DNA of 64,000 nucleotides from Pristiophorus japonicus. Taxonomy: Eukaryota. The translations under genes were made by a program, and so were the position numbers. The notes beneath the pieces were generated by a model. The model ran no database searches. It was not told the origin of the DNA and saw only the letters and a list, made by a program, of their open reading frames with translations. This document shows, one piece after another, positions 12,016 through 23,294 of this stretch. Location of the stretch: positions 32,116,001 to 32,180,000 of the forward strand of contig NC_091999.1 of NCBI RefSeq assembly GCF_044704955.1, written 5' to 3'. How positions within the stretch are numbered: position 1 is the stretch's first letter; each line of letters begins with the position of its first letter.

Positions 12016-12739
12016 CGAGTCAGTGTGAATAGTGCTTCTAGATTTAATGGAAGGAAACGCTTCATATTTTGGACACCTCTACCAGATCAATTTTTATTGT
12101 TCGTTATAATGAAAGAGGATATTTAAAATAAAGGGATCTTATAAATCTGACGCAAATTAGTCAATCGCATGCTGTTATAAAGGCTTAAAGTTCATTGCGA
12201 ATGATGACTTATTGCAGGTTGACTCTATATCTTTAAATGTTTCACAGAATTGCAGCTCAGTGACTGTGCACCTTGTGTTGTGACCCAGGCCAATAGCTGC
12301 ATCTCTCATAGTTTGTCCCTACCTTTAACCTGCTCAAGATGAATTGAACAACATAATGTTTCTAAACACGAGGTCCTCATGACTGTTATTTGAAGCGGGA
12401 GTCTCGATATCCTCCATTTAAATTGTGAAAATAACTTACAGCCTCCCAACAGATCAGAACAGCCGCTGCTATCTGGAGCGTTATTCACTTCCTGAAACGG
12501 TTTGTTCTGAAAGTGAGCTGAGGATCAGGCCAATCGTGTTCAATAGAAATCTGATGCTCAGAATGTTCAAACAGGAATAACTCATTAAAAATTTGGCATT
12601 TTTTCAGAAAGAATATAAACATCAATGAATGTGCGTTGTTTAATCTGGGCAATCGGACGATTTATTGTTTATATCTGGCACGAGTAGTTTATCTGCTATT
12701 TGTTAGTGGCAGATAACGGTGCCTTGAACATTGCCTGAC

Positions 12740-14020
12740 CAAGCACTCTCAGGTCAGATACAGCACGATACAAGAGCAAAGCTCCCGCTATGCTGTCGTG
12801 TGGGTCAGGCCAGGTATAGCAAGGGTTACACACAGAGTAATATGTTATCTGTACTATCCCGTCAAACATTCCCAGCTCAAGTACTGCAGAGATGTGCTAC
12901 GAAATGTCTCCCCATAAAATGCATTATCAAATTGACCGATTATACTCAGTACAATTATCACACGTACAAAGAAAAGCTTCCCATACACTGCCCCTTTAAA
13001 GCACACCAGCTCACCTATAGCTCTGATTAAATAGAAGATCAATCTATATTGAAGGACCCAATTAAGCTCCACGTCCTTGTAAATAAAAGGTTAAATGTTG
13101 ATTAAAGCTATCTCTGCAATGTCCCATCAAGCAATGCCAGATAAGGTAAAGTATGGGTTAGTTGCAGAGTAAAGCTCCTTCATCACTGTCATATCAAACA
13201 CTCCCAGTGTAGGTACGGCACGAGTTAGATAAACAGTAGATTTCCCTCCACACTGCCAATTAAACACATTCAGGACAGGTCCAGTAAGGCTTGGATAAAA
13301 AATAAAGCTTCCTCTACAATGTCCCATCAAACACTCCCAATACAGGTACAGTGTAAAGCTCCCTCTAGAATGTCCCATTAAACATTCCCAGGGCAGGTAC
13401 AGCATGGGTAGATACAGACTAAATCTCCCTCTACAGTGTCCCATCAAACAGTCCCAGTGCAGGTACAAAATTGCCAAAATAAATTGGAGCATCCATCTGA
13501 TCAGACGAGGCACTGCTTTCCTGAAACTGTTTGTTCTGAAAGTAAACTTAGGATCAGACCAATCTCATTCAATAATTAACTGATGCTCAACTGTATAACC
13601 ATTACTAATTCAATATCGTATTAGTTAGATGCAGATTGAGGTTTCTTCAATTTGTTTTCGAAAATCACTCGAATCAGATACAGGACAGATTCGATAGAGT
13701 AAATCTCCGTCTTCACTGGTCTGTCTGGCGTTGTAAGGTCATGTAAAGCAAAGGATGAATGCATATTAAACTGCACTACCCTGTAATACGGGTCAAACAT
13801 AGCAAGGTTTAGATTCCGAGTAAAATTATTTCTGCACTGTGCCATCAATCCACACAGGGCAGATACAGCATCGGTCAAGATACAGAGTTGAGCTCCCTCT
13901 ACATTGTCCCATCAAACACGCCCAGAACAGGTACAGCATGGGCTAGATACAGAGTAAAGCTCCTTCTGCACTGTCCCATCAAACACTTCCAGCGTAGGTA
14001 CAACCGGGTTAGAAACTGAT
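12740..14020. repeat. Interrupted ~67-bp tandem repeat in the J-Cmu1 intron
   Basis: Units of gagtaaagctccctctacactgtcccatcaaacactcccagggcaggtacagcacgggttagataca. Same family at 30580-30995, 46700-46915 and 56500-56860. Confidence 0.8.
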
Positions 14021-17000
14021 TAAAGCTTCTTCTACTTTCCCCCCGTGGTGTTTCGGAACTGCTCGTTCTGACTGTCAAAAGCTGGGTTACTGATCTCATT
14101 TCAGCGGCGACTCCTCAACCTTAAAGTCAATCTTTTACGTTTCTCACATATACCAGTTTCTTAAATAACTGAGTTAAATGACACTCCCCGCAATACACGA
14201 TCACAATCCAGAAGTTTTGCAACCCGTCAGGAGGACTGATGATTCTCACACAGTGAGCAGGCGCACAGGAACAGAACTGACACAAACGGTGCAACAACGG
14301 TGCTCCAGTGAGAGAGACCAGTTCTAACTGTTAATTTCAATGAAGCTGTTTGATTTCTAATTTATTTCTTGTCAATTTCCAACCACCTCAACTCTGCAGA
14401 TTTTTTGAAATTAAACTGATCTTTATTTGAGAAACTATTCAACATCCAGCCATTCCTCCCTCTCGGTCGACTATCTTGTAAACCGTGTAAAAATTAATTT
14501 CCCTGAAAATAAGTATCTGGAAATAATTCTCATTCCATGGAAAGTGCTGCGCGTTAAACGGGACTAGCTAACAGGGTAAGAATGTCACAATCCAGGAGAC
14601 ATATACATTGAAACCTGATCACCCACTGATTTGACATATTTGCAATAGTAAATATAACCTGTAAAATCATCGAGGCAAAATCAACTGAAATATTAAGCGA
14701 TAGCTTATCGAACTCAGCACAGCCGAGTTATACATGCATTATCTTCTAAATTAATTTAGGAATTAATTAAACATTCTCTCCAACCCTTGTGTTAGTGTAA
14801 TAACTGTAATGTTGACCAGTATGCAATGCAATTGCAAGAGATCATTTATGTTTAATGAATTAGAACGAATATTACATTTTAAGTTTGTGTTCGTGTTAGC
14901 TGATTATTGGAAATACTCTGAGTACCTGTCTGGCACTTCCTCCTCAGAAGCACACGTACCTGGAACTTTTGAAATTAACTTAATGTGCTTGAATTTCAGT
15001 CTTACTGATACAATTAATGAATAATAATTTAAAAAACTTTTCTGCCTGGCAACTTGTGATATATTAAGGTTTACTTAACTTACCATAACAATTCATCAAC
15101 AGTAAAATATTAAGCAGCATATTAATACATAAATACAATCAGAAAAATAAATTATTTTTACTTAACTCAAATCACATTTGACTAATTGACGATAATTACG
15201 CAGTTCTACTTCTGTCCCGTTCTCTACCGATACATTTTTAAATTCTACATATTCTGACATAACAAAAACTGCGTCTATTTTCAGAGTACATTGCACATGA
15301 TGGATTGAGGAGTGGACTATTTTAAATAGTTCACTGTCCGGCCCGGGTCACAAGTCCGATGTGCTGTAAACCACGTGTTTACTAAACTGGACTCTCGAGC
15401 TGAAATATTCTCCACAATCTTAACTTCCCAAAAATGGTTTTCTTAATTAAAACCAGTTTGCAGTCAGTAGCAGAACTTCTGCTATTTAATAACACAGACA
15501 ATCATTTACAGTTCACTCCCATTATTCACACAATGCCCCCAAATTAATTATTAAATACATTCTGCTATTTCTTGAAACTAATTTCCAGAATGGTTAGTGT
15601 AAAACTGTAGGATAACAAATCATTCAGGCCATCTGCGACACTGAACCTGAATGAGCAAATGGAGGAGAGACTTTGTTCATCAATTTAATATTAATAATAA
15701 TTAACATAATTCTCAGATATGACCTGTGCTTTGTCTACCGTTCTATCCCTTATATAGCACCGCTTTGGGGAAAAGGAAGTTGTGTTAAATTCTAAACAAG
15801 ATGAACATTTTTTAAGTAAATTAATCTGCTTGAATTTCAATGGATTATTTGCCTATCTCCAGCCTATGCAGTCTTGAATTTGAATATAATCACATGAATA
15901 ATTATTTGACTGCCGGTGACGCCTGACTCACAGCCTCTGATCTTGCAAACTGTTTAAGATTAGTTTAGTGATAATTCTATCGGTATCAAACAAAACACAA
16001 TAGTGATTCAATAACAAATTTCGGTTGCACAGTAAGAATTTCATATTAAATTGACAAAATGCAATTTACAACACGGCTTTGAGTTATAATTAAAGACACT
16101 GCCAATCATCTCTGTAAACAGGAGGTAAAAAGTAACTGAACTCCCGACTCAAACTGAACACACGGTGGAATCAATATGTTGTCAGTGAACTAATTGCAGG
16201 CATAATTAATAATTGTATCCAGCCTCTAAAAGTTTCTGCTCCTCTTAATGGAGCCCAGTGTACAGCAGGATTTTGGAAGGCAAATAATATTAAGAAAATT
16301 ATATTGATATTATAACATATTTTAATAACATTGGAAGATATTATCGCATTATAATATTATAATCGGTTTGTTAATCGTAATTTATTTCAGCTACAACCTG
16401 AATAATTGCTAATTATATAGCTGGTAATTACAGTTACGTTTCACTCAGTAAATATCAGCATCGTAAACATAAATTTATAGTTGAATATATAATTATCACC
16501 AATAATTGTTATGTTAAAATATATTTCAATGATTTCTGATTCCTAAAACCTTCCTGTTCTCTGCCTACAATCTGCTTTCAAACAGTTTCAAACACATATC
16601 TTGTTTGTATTCGATCAGGAACCTGCTGCTGCCCGCTGTCACCGATATTAAACATTGTAGAAACGCCAAATAGTTTCACAAATTTTTGGTATTCTGAATA
16701 ACACCGGCACAAACTCTCCTCAGCAGATCAATACGAAATCACATCACTGAGGGGCGGACAGAACCTTTCATGAACAGATCCTTCATTCTCTAAACCATTT
16801 CAGCAGAATTAAATGTATCATTGCAAAAAGTCTCTTTACAGAATCACCGAAGCCGCCTAAAACTAAAATAACTAATGATTGAATTCAACTGAAATATAAA
16901 ATAATGACAGCAGAATTGTGATTTGATGGATCATGTAAAATACATTAATGTTAATATTATAGCATATTTTAATAATAATGGGTGATATTACTACATCATT

Positions 17001-17567
17001 ATAATGTTAGTAATATTAATTTAAATCAGGTCCATCTGGAAATGTGTTAATTTTTCAGTCCTTAATTACAGCAACACTTCACGTATTGAATCTGTGCATT
17101 CGGGAACATTCGGTCAGTAGATGACAAATGTAATTTTCACTAAAATCTTTAAATTCCTTAAGAATATATATTGAGCGCTAAGATTTATGTTATGTGTTTA
17201 AAATGTTCTTTCAAAAATATTTAAACACAATGTTTGTATTCGATCAGAAAAATTGCAGCAATCATAGGTCACCGAGATTAAACATTGCAGAAGTGTCAAA
17301 CAGTCTAACAACTTTAAAGGATTTAACGTAACTCAAGCACAGAAACTCGTTAGCAGATAAACACCAAATCACTTCAACAACAACTTATGTGGAGAAACAG
17401 TTGAATTCTATAATCACTTTGTAGCAGAATTACATAAAACATTGAAAAATCTCAATAGAGAACCCACCGAACCCAAGTTTCAGTGAACAAAATAAGTATT
17501 AAAATAAAGAGAAATGTAAAATAAAGGCACAAATACAACAGTTGCAGAATGTATGAATGTTCCTTAC

Positions 17568-17632
17568 CTGCAATCACCGTCACCATGGTCCCTGGTCCCC
17601 AGTAGCCCATGGCGTCCTTATTCCCGTGGTCC
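17568..17632 (-). CDS. IGHJ: Pre-fused DH-JH segment (65 nt)
   Basis: G GAC CAC GGG AAT AAG GAC GCC ATG GGC TAC TGG GGA CCA GGG ACC ATG GTG ACG GTG ATT GCA G|GTAAGG = DHGNKDAMGYWGPGTMVTVIA. Has the WGxG motif and a phase-1 donor matching Cmu1. Confidence 0.92.
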
Positions 17633-17660
17633 CACAGTGATAGGAACCCGTACAAATATT
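17633..17660 (+). other. Recombination signal sequence, 12-bp spacer, 5' of the DJ block
   Basis: On +: CACAGTG (17633-17639), 12-nt spacer ATAGGAACCCGT, nonamer ACAAATATT (17652-17660; 6/9 to ACAAAAACC). Confidence 0.88.
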
Positions 17661-18065
17661 GCATTCAGTCTCTGCTCAGTACTGATTCTCAACATTCATT
17701 CGAAATACACATGCACTTCAAATACAAATTCGCTTCTTATCAAGTTTAGAATTTAGCCAACAGTTTGTAGAACAAATAGAAGGAGAACACAGTTCTCACC
17801 AGCTCCCTGCAGGTATCAGGCACAGTGAATCGAGCATCATGTCCAGCTGGGCAATTGTTGACACTGTTAACATTAAACAGGAGCACAACAGAAACCTCCC
17901 TCTGTACATTGGTTACAGTGTTATATTTTCACCATTGAATTATCAGTGTCTTAGTTTTGTAAGAAGCGGTTTGTGGTCTGGTTTTGAACAATGCCGTTAT
18001 CACTGCATTTGACACAATTACTGACCGTCAGGTTATGATGGACGTTATTGAATTCCCCCTCGATC

Positions 18066-18104
18066 TGTTCTTGTATGGGTCCAGCCCTGGTTCCTCTCGC
18101 TGTG
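18066..18104 (-). other. Recombination signal sequence, 23-bp spacer, 3' of VH
   Basis: CACAGCG (18104-18098), 23-nt spacer AGAGGAACCAGGGCTGGACCCAT, nonamer ACAAGAACA (18074-18066). Confidence 0.93.
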
Positions 18105-18409
18105 GTGCCTTGCACAGTAATAGATGGCGGTGTCTTCGCTCCGCAGTTTCTTCATGTCGAACGCGAAGATGTTGCTTGAAGTATCTTTGGACACAGTAAA
18201 TCGGCCCTCAGTCCCCGGGGTGTAATGCTTGTCCGATGAACTGTAATATCTAATCAGCCACTCCAGCCCCTGTCCGGGAATGTGGCGGACCCAGTACATG
18301 TAGCTGCCACCAAGATCTAAGCCGCTGGTTTTACAGGTCAGTCTCAGGGAGCCCCCGGGAATCCTGGTCTCTGCCTCGGGCTGAGTCAACACCATATCCG
18401 ACTGGACAC
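18105..18409 (-). CDS. IGHV: Unrearranged VH exon (shark IgM-type)
   Basis: Acceptor tttctacAG (18411-18410). Reads (R)[51 protein letters not shown]...[32 protein letters not shown] with canonical Cys, Trp and YYC intact. Confidence 0.98.
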
Positions 18410-18534
18410 CTGTAGAAATAATCAAAAACCCCGAGGATCAATCCTGGTGAAACGATTCCTAATTCTGTAACATTCCAGAGAGACTAACACTGAGACAGGA
18501 ACAATGAAAGACTTGGACAATAAAAACTACTCAC

Positions 18535-18580
18535 GGGAAAAGAAAGCCAGCAACAGACTGAGAGAAATAGCCGACCTCAT
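18535..18580 (-). CDS. IGHV: VH leader (signal peptide) exon
   Basis: ATG at 18580-18578; MRSAISLSLLLAFFS plus one base, then donor GTGAGT. 46 nt, phase 1, in frame with the V exon. Confidence 0.95.
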
Positions 18581-18672
18581 CCTCCTGGCAATGTGTGGTG
18601 AATGGTTTCGGCAAGAACTCACTGGGCAAACGCACTCCCAGACTGTTGTATTGCGGTCCCAGTGACCGGCAG

Positions 18673-18755
18673 TTAAATACCCGGGAGGTGGGGGCGAGGT
18701 TACAGGCGCCGCCCGCTGATTCCCTGATAGAGGCGGATTCTGGGTCCACGTCACT
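18673..18755 (-). promoter_or_regulatory. VH promoter: TATA-like box and CRE-like decamer, no octamer
   Basis: TATTTAA at 18679-18673 and AGTGACGTGG at 18755-18746. No ATGCAAAT/ATTTGCAT seen nearby, consistent with octamer-less shark VH promoters. Confidence 0.65.
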
Positions 18756-19363
18756 CCTTCCACATCACCAACAGAATGGACTCACATCTGGACTGTAAAT
18801 AAAATCAATTTATTTCCTCACTGCTTCACAGGGTCGTGAATCTCTGAGATAGAAATACATTATCAGGTTCTAAAGACACGGCCAGTTTGTGTTTCTCCAT
18901 CTCCTGCTATATATCCATGCATCTGTACCAATAAAGTATCCCCTATAATCTGAATTGTTATCACTCTATGTAACCGAGTGCGGGAGATGGGTATAAAAGA
19001 TGGGTATAAAAGGCTCAGCAGTCCGGGGAGCGTCGGGAGACGCGGGAGTCGAGAGAGGCAGCGGCCTATAAAAGGCTCAGCAGTCCGGGGAGCGTCGAGA
19101 GACGCGGGAGTCGAGAGAGGCAGCGGCCTATAAAAGGCTCAGCAGTCCGGGGAGCGTCGAGAGAGGCGGGAGTCGAGAGAGGCGTACTTGTGCAGCTCCA
19201 GCTGAGAGAAGTCAAAAAAGAAGTAGAAAGAAATCAAAAGGTGACGTCACAGCCAACGTGGTAAGTGATTGGCTGCTGATTGGTGAGTAGTTTTTCTTTT
19301 TCTTTTTAGTCAGTAACTTTTAACATTGTTGTCGGCAATTTAAGTGTATCTAAGGGTTAAGTC

Positions 19364-20311
19364 ATGGCAGGACAGCTCGGTCACGTGATATGCTCATCCT
19401 GTACCATGTGGGAACACGGGGACAACACCAGTGTCCCTGACGACTACATGTGCGGAAAGTGTGTCCACCTCCGGCTACTGACGGTCCGCGTTGCGGAGTT
19501 GGAGCTGAAGGTGGATTCACTCTGGAGCATCCACGATGCTGAGAATGACGTGAGTATCACGTGTAGCGAGTTGGTCTTACCGCAGGAGAAGGGTCCACAG
19601 CCAGCGAGGGAATGGAAGACCAGCAGGAAGAGTAGTGCAAGGAAGGTAGTGCAGGGGTCCCCTGTGGTCATCCCACTGCAAAACAGATACACTGCTTTGA
19701 GTGCTGTTGAGGGGGATGACTCATCAGGAGCGGGCAGCAGCAGCCAAGTTCATGGCACCGTGGCTGGCTCTGTTGCACAGGAGGGCAGGAAAAAGAGTGG
19801 GCGAGCGATAGTGATAGGGGATTCAATTGTAAGGGGAATAGATAGGCGTTTCTGCGGTCGCAACCGAGACTCCAGGATGGTATGTTGCCTCCCTGGTGCA
19901 AGGGTCAAGGATGTCTCGGAGCGGGTGCAGGACATTCTAAAAAGGGAGGGAGAACAGCCAGTTGTCGTGGTGCACGTTGGTACCAAAGACATAGGTAAAA
20001 AAAGGGATGAGTTCCTACGAAATGAACTTAAGAAGCTAGGAGCTAAATTAAAAAGTAGGACCTCAAAAGTAGTAATCTCGGGATTGCTACCAGTGCCACG
20101 TGCTAGTCAGAGTAGGAATCGCAGGATAGCTCAGATGAATACGTGGCTTGAGCAATGGTGCAGCAGGGAGGGATTCAAATTCCTGGGGCATTGGAACCGG
20201 TTCTGGGGGAGGTGGGACCAGTACAAACCGGACGGTCTGCACCTGGGCAGAATCGGAACCAATGTCCTCGGGGGAGTGTTTGCTAGTGCTGTTGGGGAGG
20301 AGTTCAACTAA
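19364..20311 (+). CDS. LINE ORF1p: N-terminal CxxC..CxxC zinc finger / leucine zipper plus SGNH esterase domain
   Basis: CSSC...CGKC, heptad LTVRVAELELKVDSL, and VIGDSIVR, PGAR, HVGTKD (N to K versus the usual GTND) and DGLHL motifs. Esterase-bearing ORF1 is known for CR1 elements. Confidence 0.9.
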   Translation: MAGQLGHVICSSCTMWEHGDNTSVPDDYMCGKCVHLRLLTVRVAELELKVDSLWSIHDAENDVSITCSELVLPQEKGPQPAREWKTSRKSSARKVVQGSPVVIPLQNRYTALSAVEGDDSSGAGSSSQVHGTVAGSVAQEGRKKSGRAIVIGDSIVRGIDRRFCGRNRDSRMVCCLPGARVKDVSERVQDILKREGEQPVVVVHVGTKDIGKKRDEFLRNELKKLGAKLKSRTSKVVISGLLPVPRASQSRNRRIAQMNTWLEQWCSREGFKFLGHWNRFWGRWDQYKPDGLHLGRIGTNVLGGVFASAVGEEFN

Positions 20312-20388
20312 TATGGCAGGGGGATGGGAACCAATGCAGGGAAATAGAGGGAAACAAAAAGGAGGCAAAAACATATGACAGAAAGGAG

Positions 20389-23294
20389 ATGAGGAAAAGT
20401 GGAGGGCAGAGAAACCCAAGGCAAAGAACAAAAAGGGCCATTGTACAGCAAAATTCTAAAAGGACAGAGGGTGTTAAAAAAACAAGCCTAAAGGCTTCGT
20501 GTCCTAATGCAAGGAGTATCCGCAATAAGGTGGATGAATTAACTGTGCAAATAGATGTTAACAAATATGATGTGATTGGGATTACGGAGACGTGGCTCCA
20601 GGATGATCAGGGCTGGGAACTCAACATCCAGGGGTATTCAACATTCAGGAAGGATAGAATAAAAGAAAAAGGAGGTGGGGTAGCATTGCTGGTTAAGGAG
20701 GAGATTAAGGCAATAGGTAGGAAGGACATTAGCTTGGATGATGTGGAATCTATATGTGTAGAGCTGCAGAACACTAAAGGGCAAAAAACGTTAGTGGGAG
20801 TTGTGTACAGACCTCCAAACAGTAGTAGTGATGTTGGGGAGGCATCAAACATGAAATTAGGGGTGCGTGCAATAAAGGTGCAGCAGTTATAATGGGTGAC
20901 TTTAATATGCACATAGATTGGGCTAATCAAACTGGAAGCAATACGGTGGAGAAGGATTTTCTGGAGTGCATAAGGGATGGTTTTTTAGACCAATATGTCG
21001 AAGAGCCAACTAGGGGGGAGGCCATCTTAGACTGGGTGTTATGTAATGAGAGAGGGTTAATTAGCAATCTCGTTGTGCGAGGCCCCTTGGGGAAGAGTGA
21101 CCATAATATGGTGGAATTCTGCATTGGGATGGAGAATAAAACAGTTAATTCAGAGACCATGGTCCAGAACTTAAAGAAGGCTAACTTTGAAGGTATGAGG
21201 CGTGAATTGGCTGGGATGGATTGGCGAATGATACTTAAGGGGTTGACTGTGGATGGGCAATGGCAGACATTTCGAGACCGCATGGATGAACTACAACAAT
21301 TGTACATTCCTGTCTGGCATAAAAATAAAAAAGGGAAGGTGGCTCAACCGTGGCTATCAAGGGAAATCAGGGATAGTATTAAAGCCAAGGAAGTGGCATA
21401 CAAATTGGCCAGAAATAGCAGCGAATCTGGGGACTGGGAGAAATTTAGAACTCAGCAGAGGAGGACAAAGGGTTTGATTAGGGCAGGGAAAATGGAGTAT
21501 GAGAAGAAGCTTGCAGGGAACATTAAGACGGATTGCAAAAGATTCTACAGATATGTAAAGAGAAAAAGGTTCATAAAGACAAACGTAGGTCCCCTACAGT
21601 CAGAATCAGGGGAAGTCATAACGGGGAACAAAGAAATGGCGGACCAATTGAACAAGTACTTTGGTTCGGTATTCACGAAGGAGGACACGAACAACCTTCC
21701 GGTTATAAAAGGGGTCGGGGAGTGTAGTAAGGAGGAGGATCTGAGGGAAATCCTTATTAGCCGTCAAATTGTGTTGGGGAAATTGATGGGATGGAAGGCC
21801 GATAAATCCCCAGGGCCTGATGGACTGCATCCCAGAGTACTTAAGGAGGTGGCCTTGGAAATAGTGGATGCGTTGACAGGCATTTTCCAACATTCCATTG
21901 ACTCTGGATCAGTTCCTATGGAGTGGAGGGTAGCCAATGTAATCCCACTTTTTAAAAAAGGAAGGAAAGAGAAAAAAGGGAATTATAGACCGGTCAGTCT
22001 GACATCGGTAGTGGGTAAAATGATGGAATCAATTATTAAGGATGTCACAGCAGTGCATTTGGAAAGAGGTGACATAATAGGTCCAAGTCAGCATGGATTT
22101 GTGAAAGGGAAATCATGCTTGACAAATCTTCTGGAATTTTTTGAGGATGTTTCCAGTAGAGTGGATAAGGGAGAACCAGTTGATGTGGTATATTTGGACT
22201 TTCAGAAGGCGTTCGACAAGGTCCCACACAAGAGATTGATGCGCAAAGTTAGAGCACATGGGATTGGGGGTAGTGTACTGACATGGATTGAGAACTGGTT
22301 GTCAGACAGGAAACAAAGAGTCGGAGTAAATGGGTACTTTTCAGAATGGCAGGCAGTGACTAGTGGGGGAACGCAAGGTTCTGTGCTGGGGCCCGAGCTG
22401 TTTACACTGTACATTAATGATTTAGATGAGGGGATTAAATGTAGTATCTCCAAATTTGCGGATGACACTGAGTTGGATGGCAGTGTGAGCTGCGAGGAGG
22501 ATGCTGTGAGGCTGGAGAGCGACTTGGATATGTTAGGTGAGTGGGCAAATGCATGGCAGATGAAGTATAATGTTGATAAATGTGAGGTTATCCACTTTGG
22601 TGGTAAAAACAGAGAGACAGACTATTATCTGAAGGGTGACAGATTAGGAAAAGGGGAGGTGCAAAGAGACCTGGGTGTCATGGTACATCAGTCATTGAAG
22701 GTTGGCATGCAGGTGCAGCAGGCGGTTAAGAAAGCAAATGGCATGTTGGCCTTCATAGCAAGGGGATTTGAGTACAGGGGCAGGGAGGTGTTGCTACAGT
22801 TGTACAGGGCATTGGTGAGGCCACACCTGGAGTATTGTGTACAGTTTTGGTCTCCTAACCTGAGAAAGGACATTCTTGCTATTGAGGGAGTGCAGCGACG
22901 GTTCAACAAACTGATTCCCGGGATGGCGGGACTGACCTATCAAGAAAGACTGGATCAACTGGGCTTGTATTCACTGGAGTTCAGAAGAATGAGAGGGGAC
23001 CTCATAGAAACATTTAAAATTCTGACGGGGTTAGACAGGTTAGATGCAGGAAGAATGTTCCCAATGTTGGGGAAGTCCATAACCAGAGGTCACAGTCTAA
23101 GGATAAGGGGTAAGCCATTTAGGACCGAGATGCGGAGGAACTTCTTCACCCAGAGAGTGGTGAACCTGTGGAATTCTCTACCACAGAAAGTTATTGAGGC
23201 CAATTCACTAAATATATTCAAAAAGGAGATCGATAAGGTCCTTACTACTAGGGGGATCAAGGGGTATGGCGAGAAAGCAGGAATGGGGTACTGA
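20389..23294 (+). pseudogene. LINE ORF2p (AP endonuclease plus reverse transcriptase) with one frameshift
   Basis: NARS, ITETW, VYRPP, GDFN and SDH motifs (APE); YRPVSL, QHGF, LDFQKAFD, QGSVLGP and FADD motifs (RT). One-nt deletion near 20840 relative to the paralog at ~62860. PQG is changed to TQG. Confidence 0.92.

Noticed and set aside
17821-17860. CACAGTG between V and DJ as a possible hidden D segment
   Set aside because: No plausible nonamer at 12 or 23 spacing and no opposing heptamer nearby.
17980-18007. ggttttgaa-12 nt-cactgca RSS-like string
   Set aside because: On the relevant strand the heptamer begins TGC, not the essential CAC, so it is non-functional and probably chance.
18527-18763. 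78-aa ORF extending the leader upstream
   Set aside because: It starts at a GTG upstream of the TATA-like box. The ATG at 18580 gives a normal signal peptide.
19364-20311. SGNH esterase ORF as a novel captured enzyme
   Set aside because: Esterase domains are an established feature of CR1-clade ORF1 proteins.
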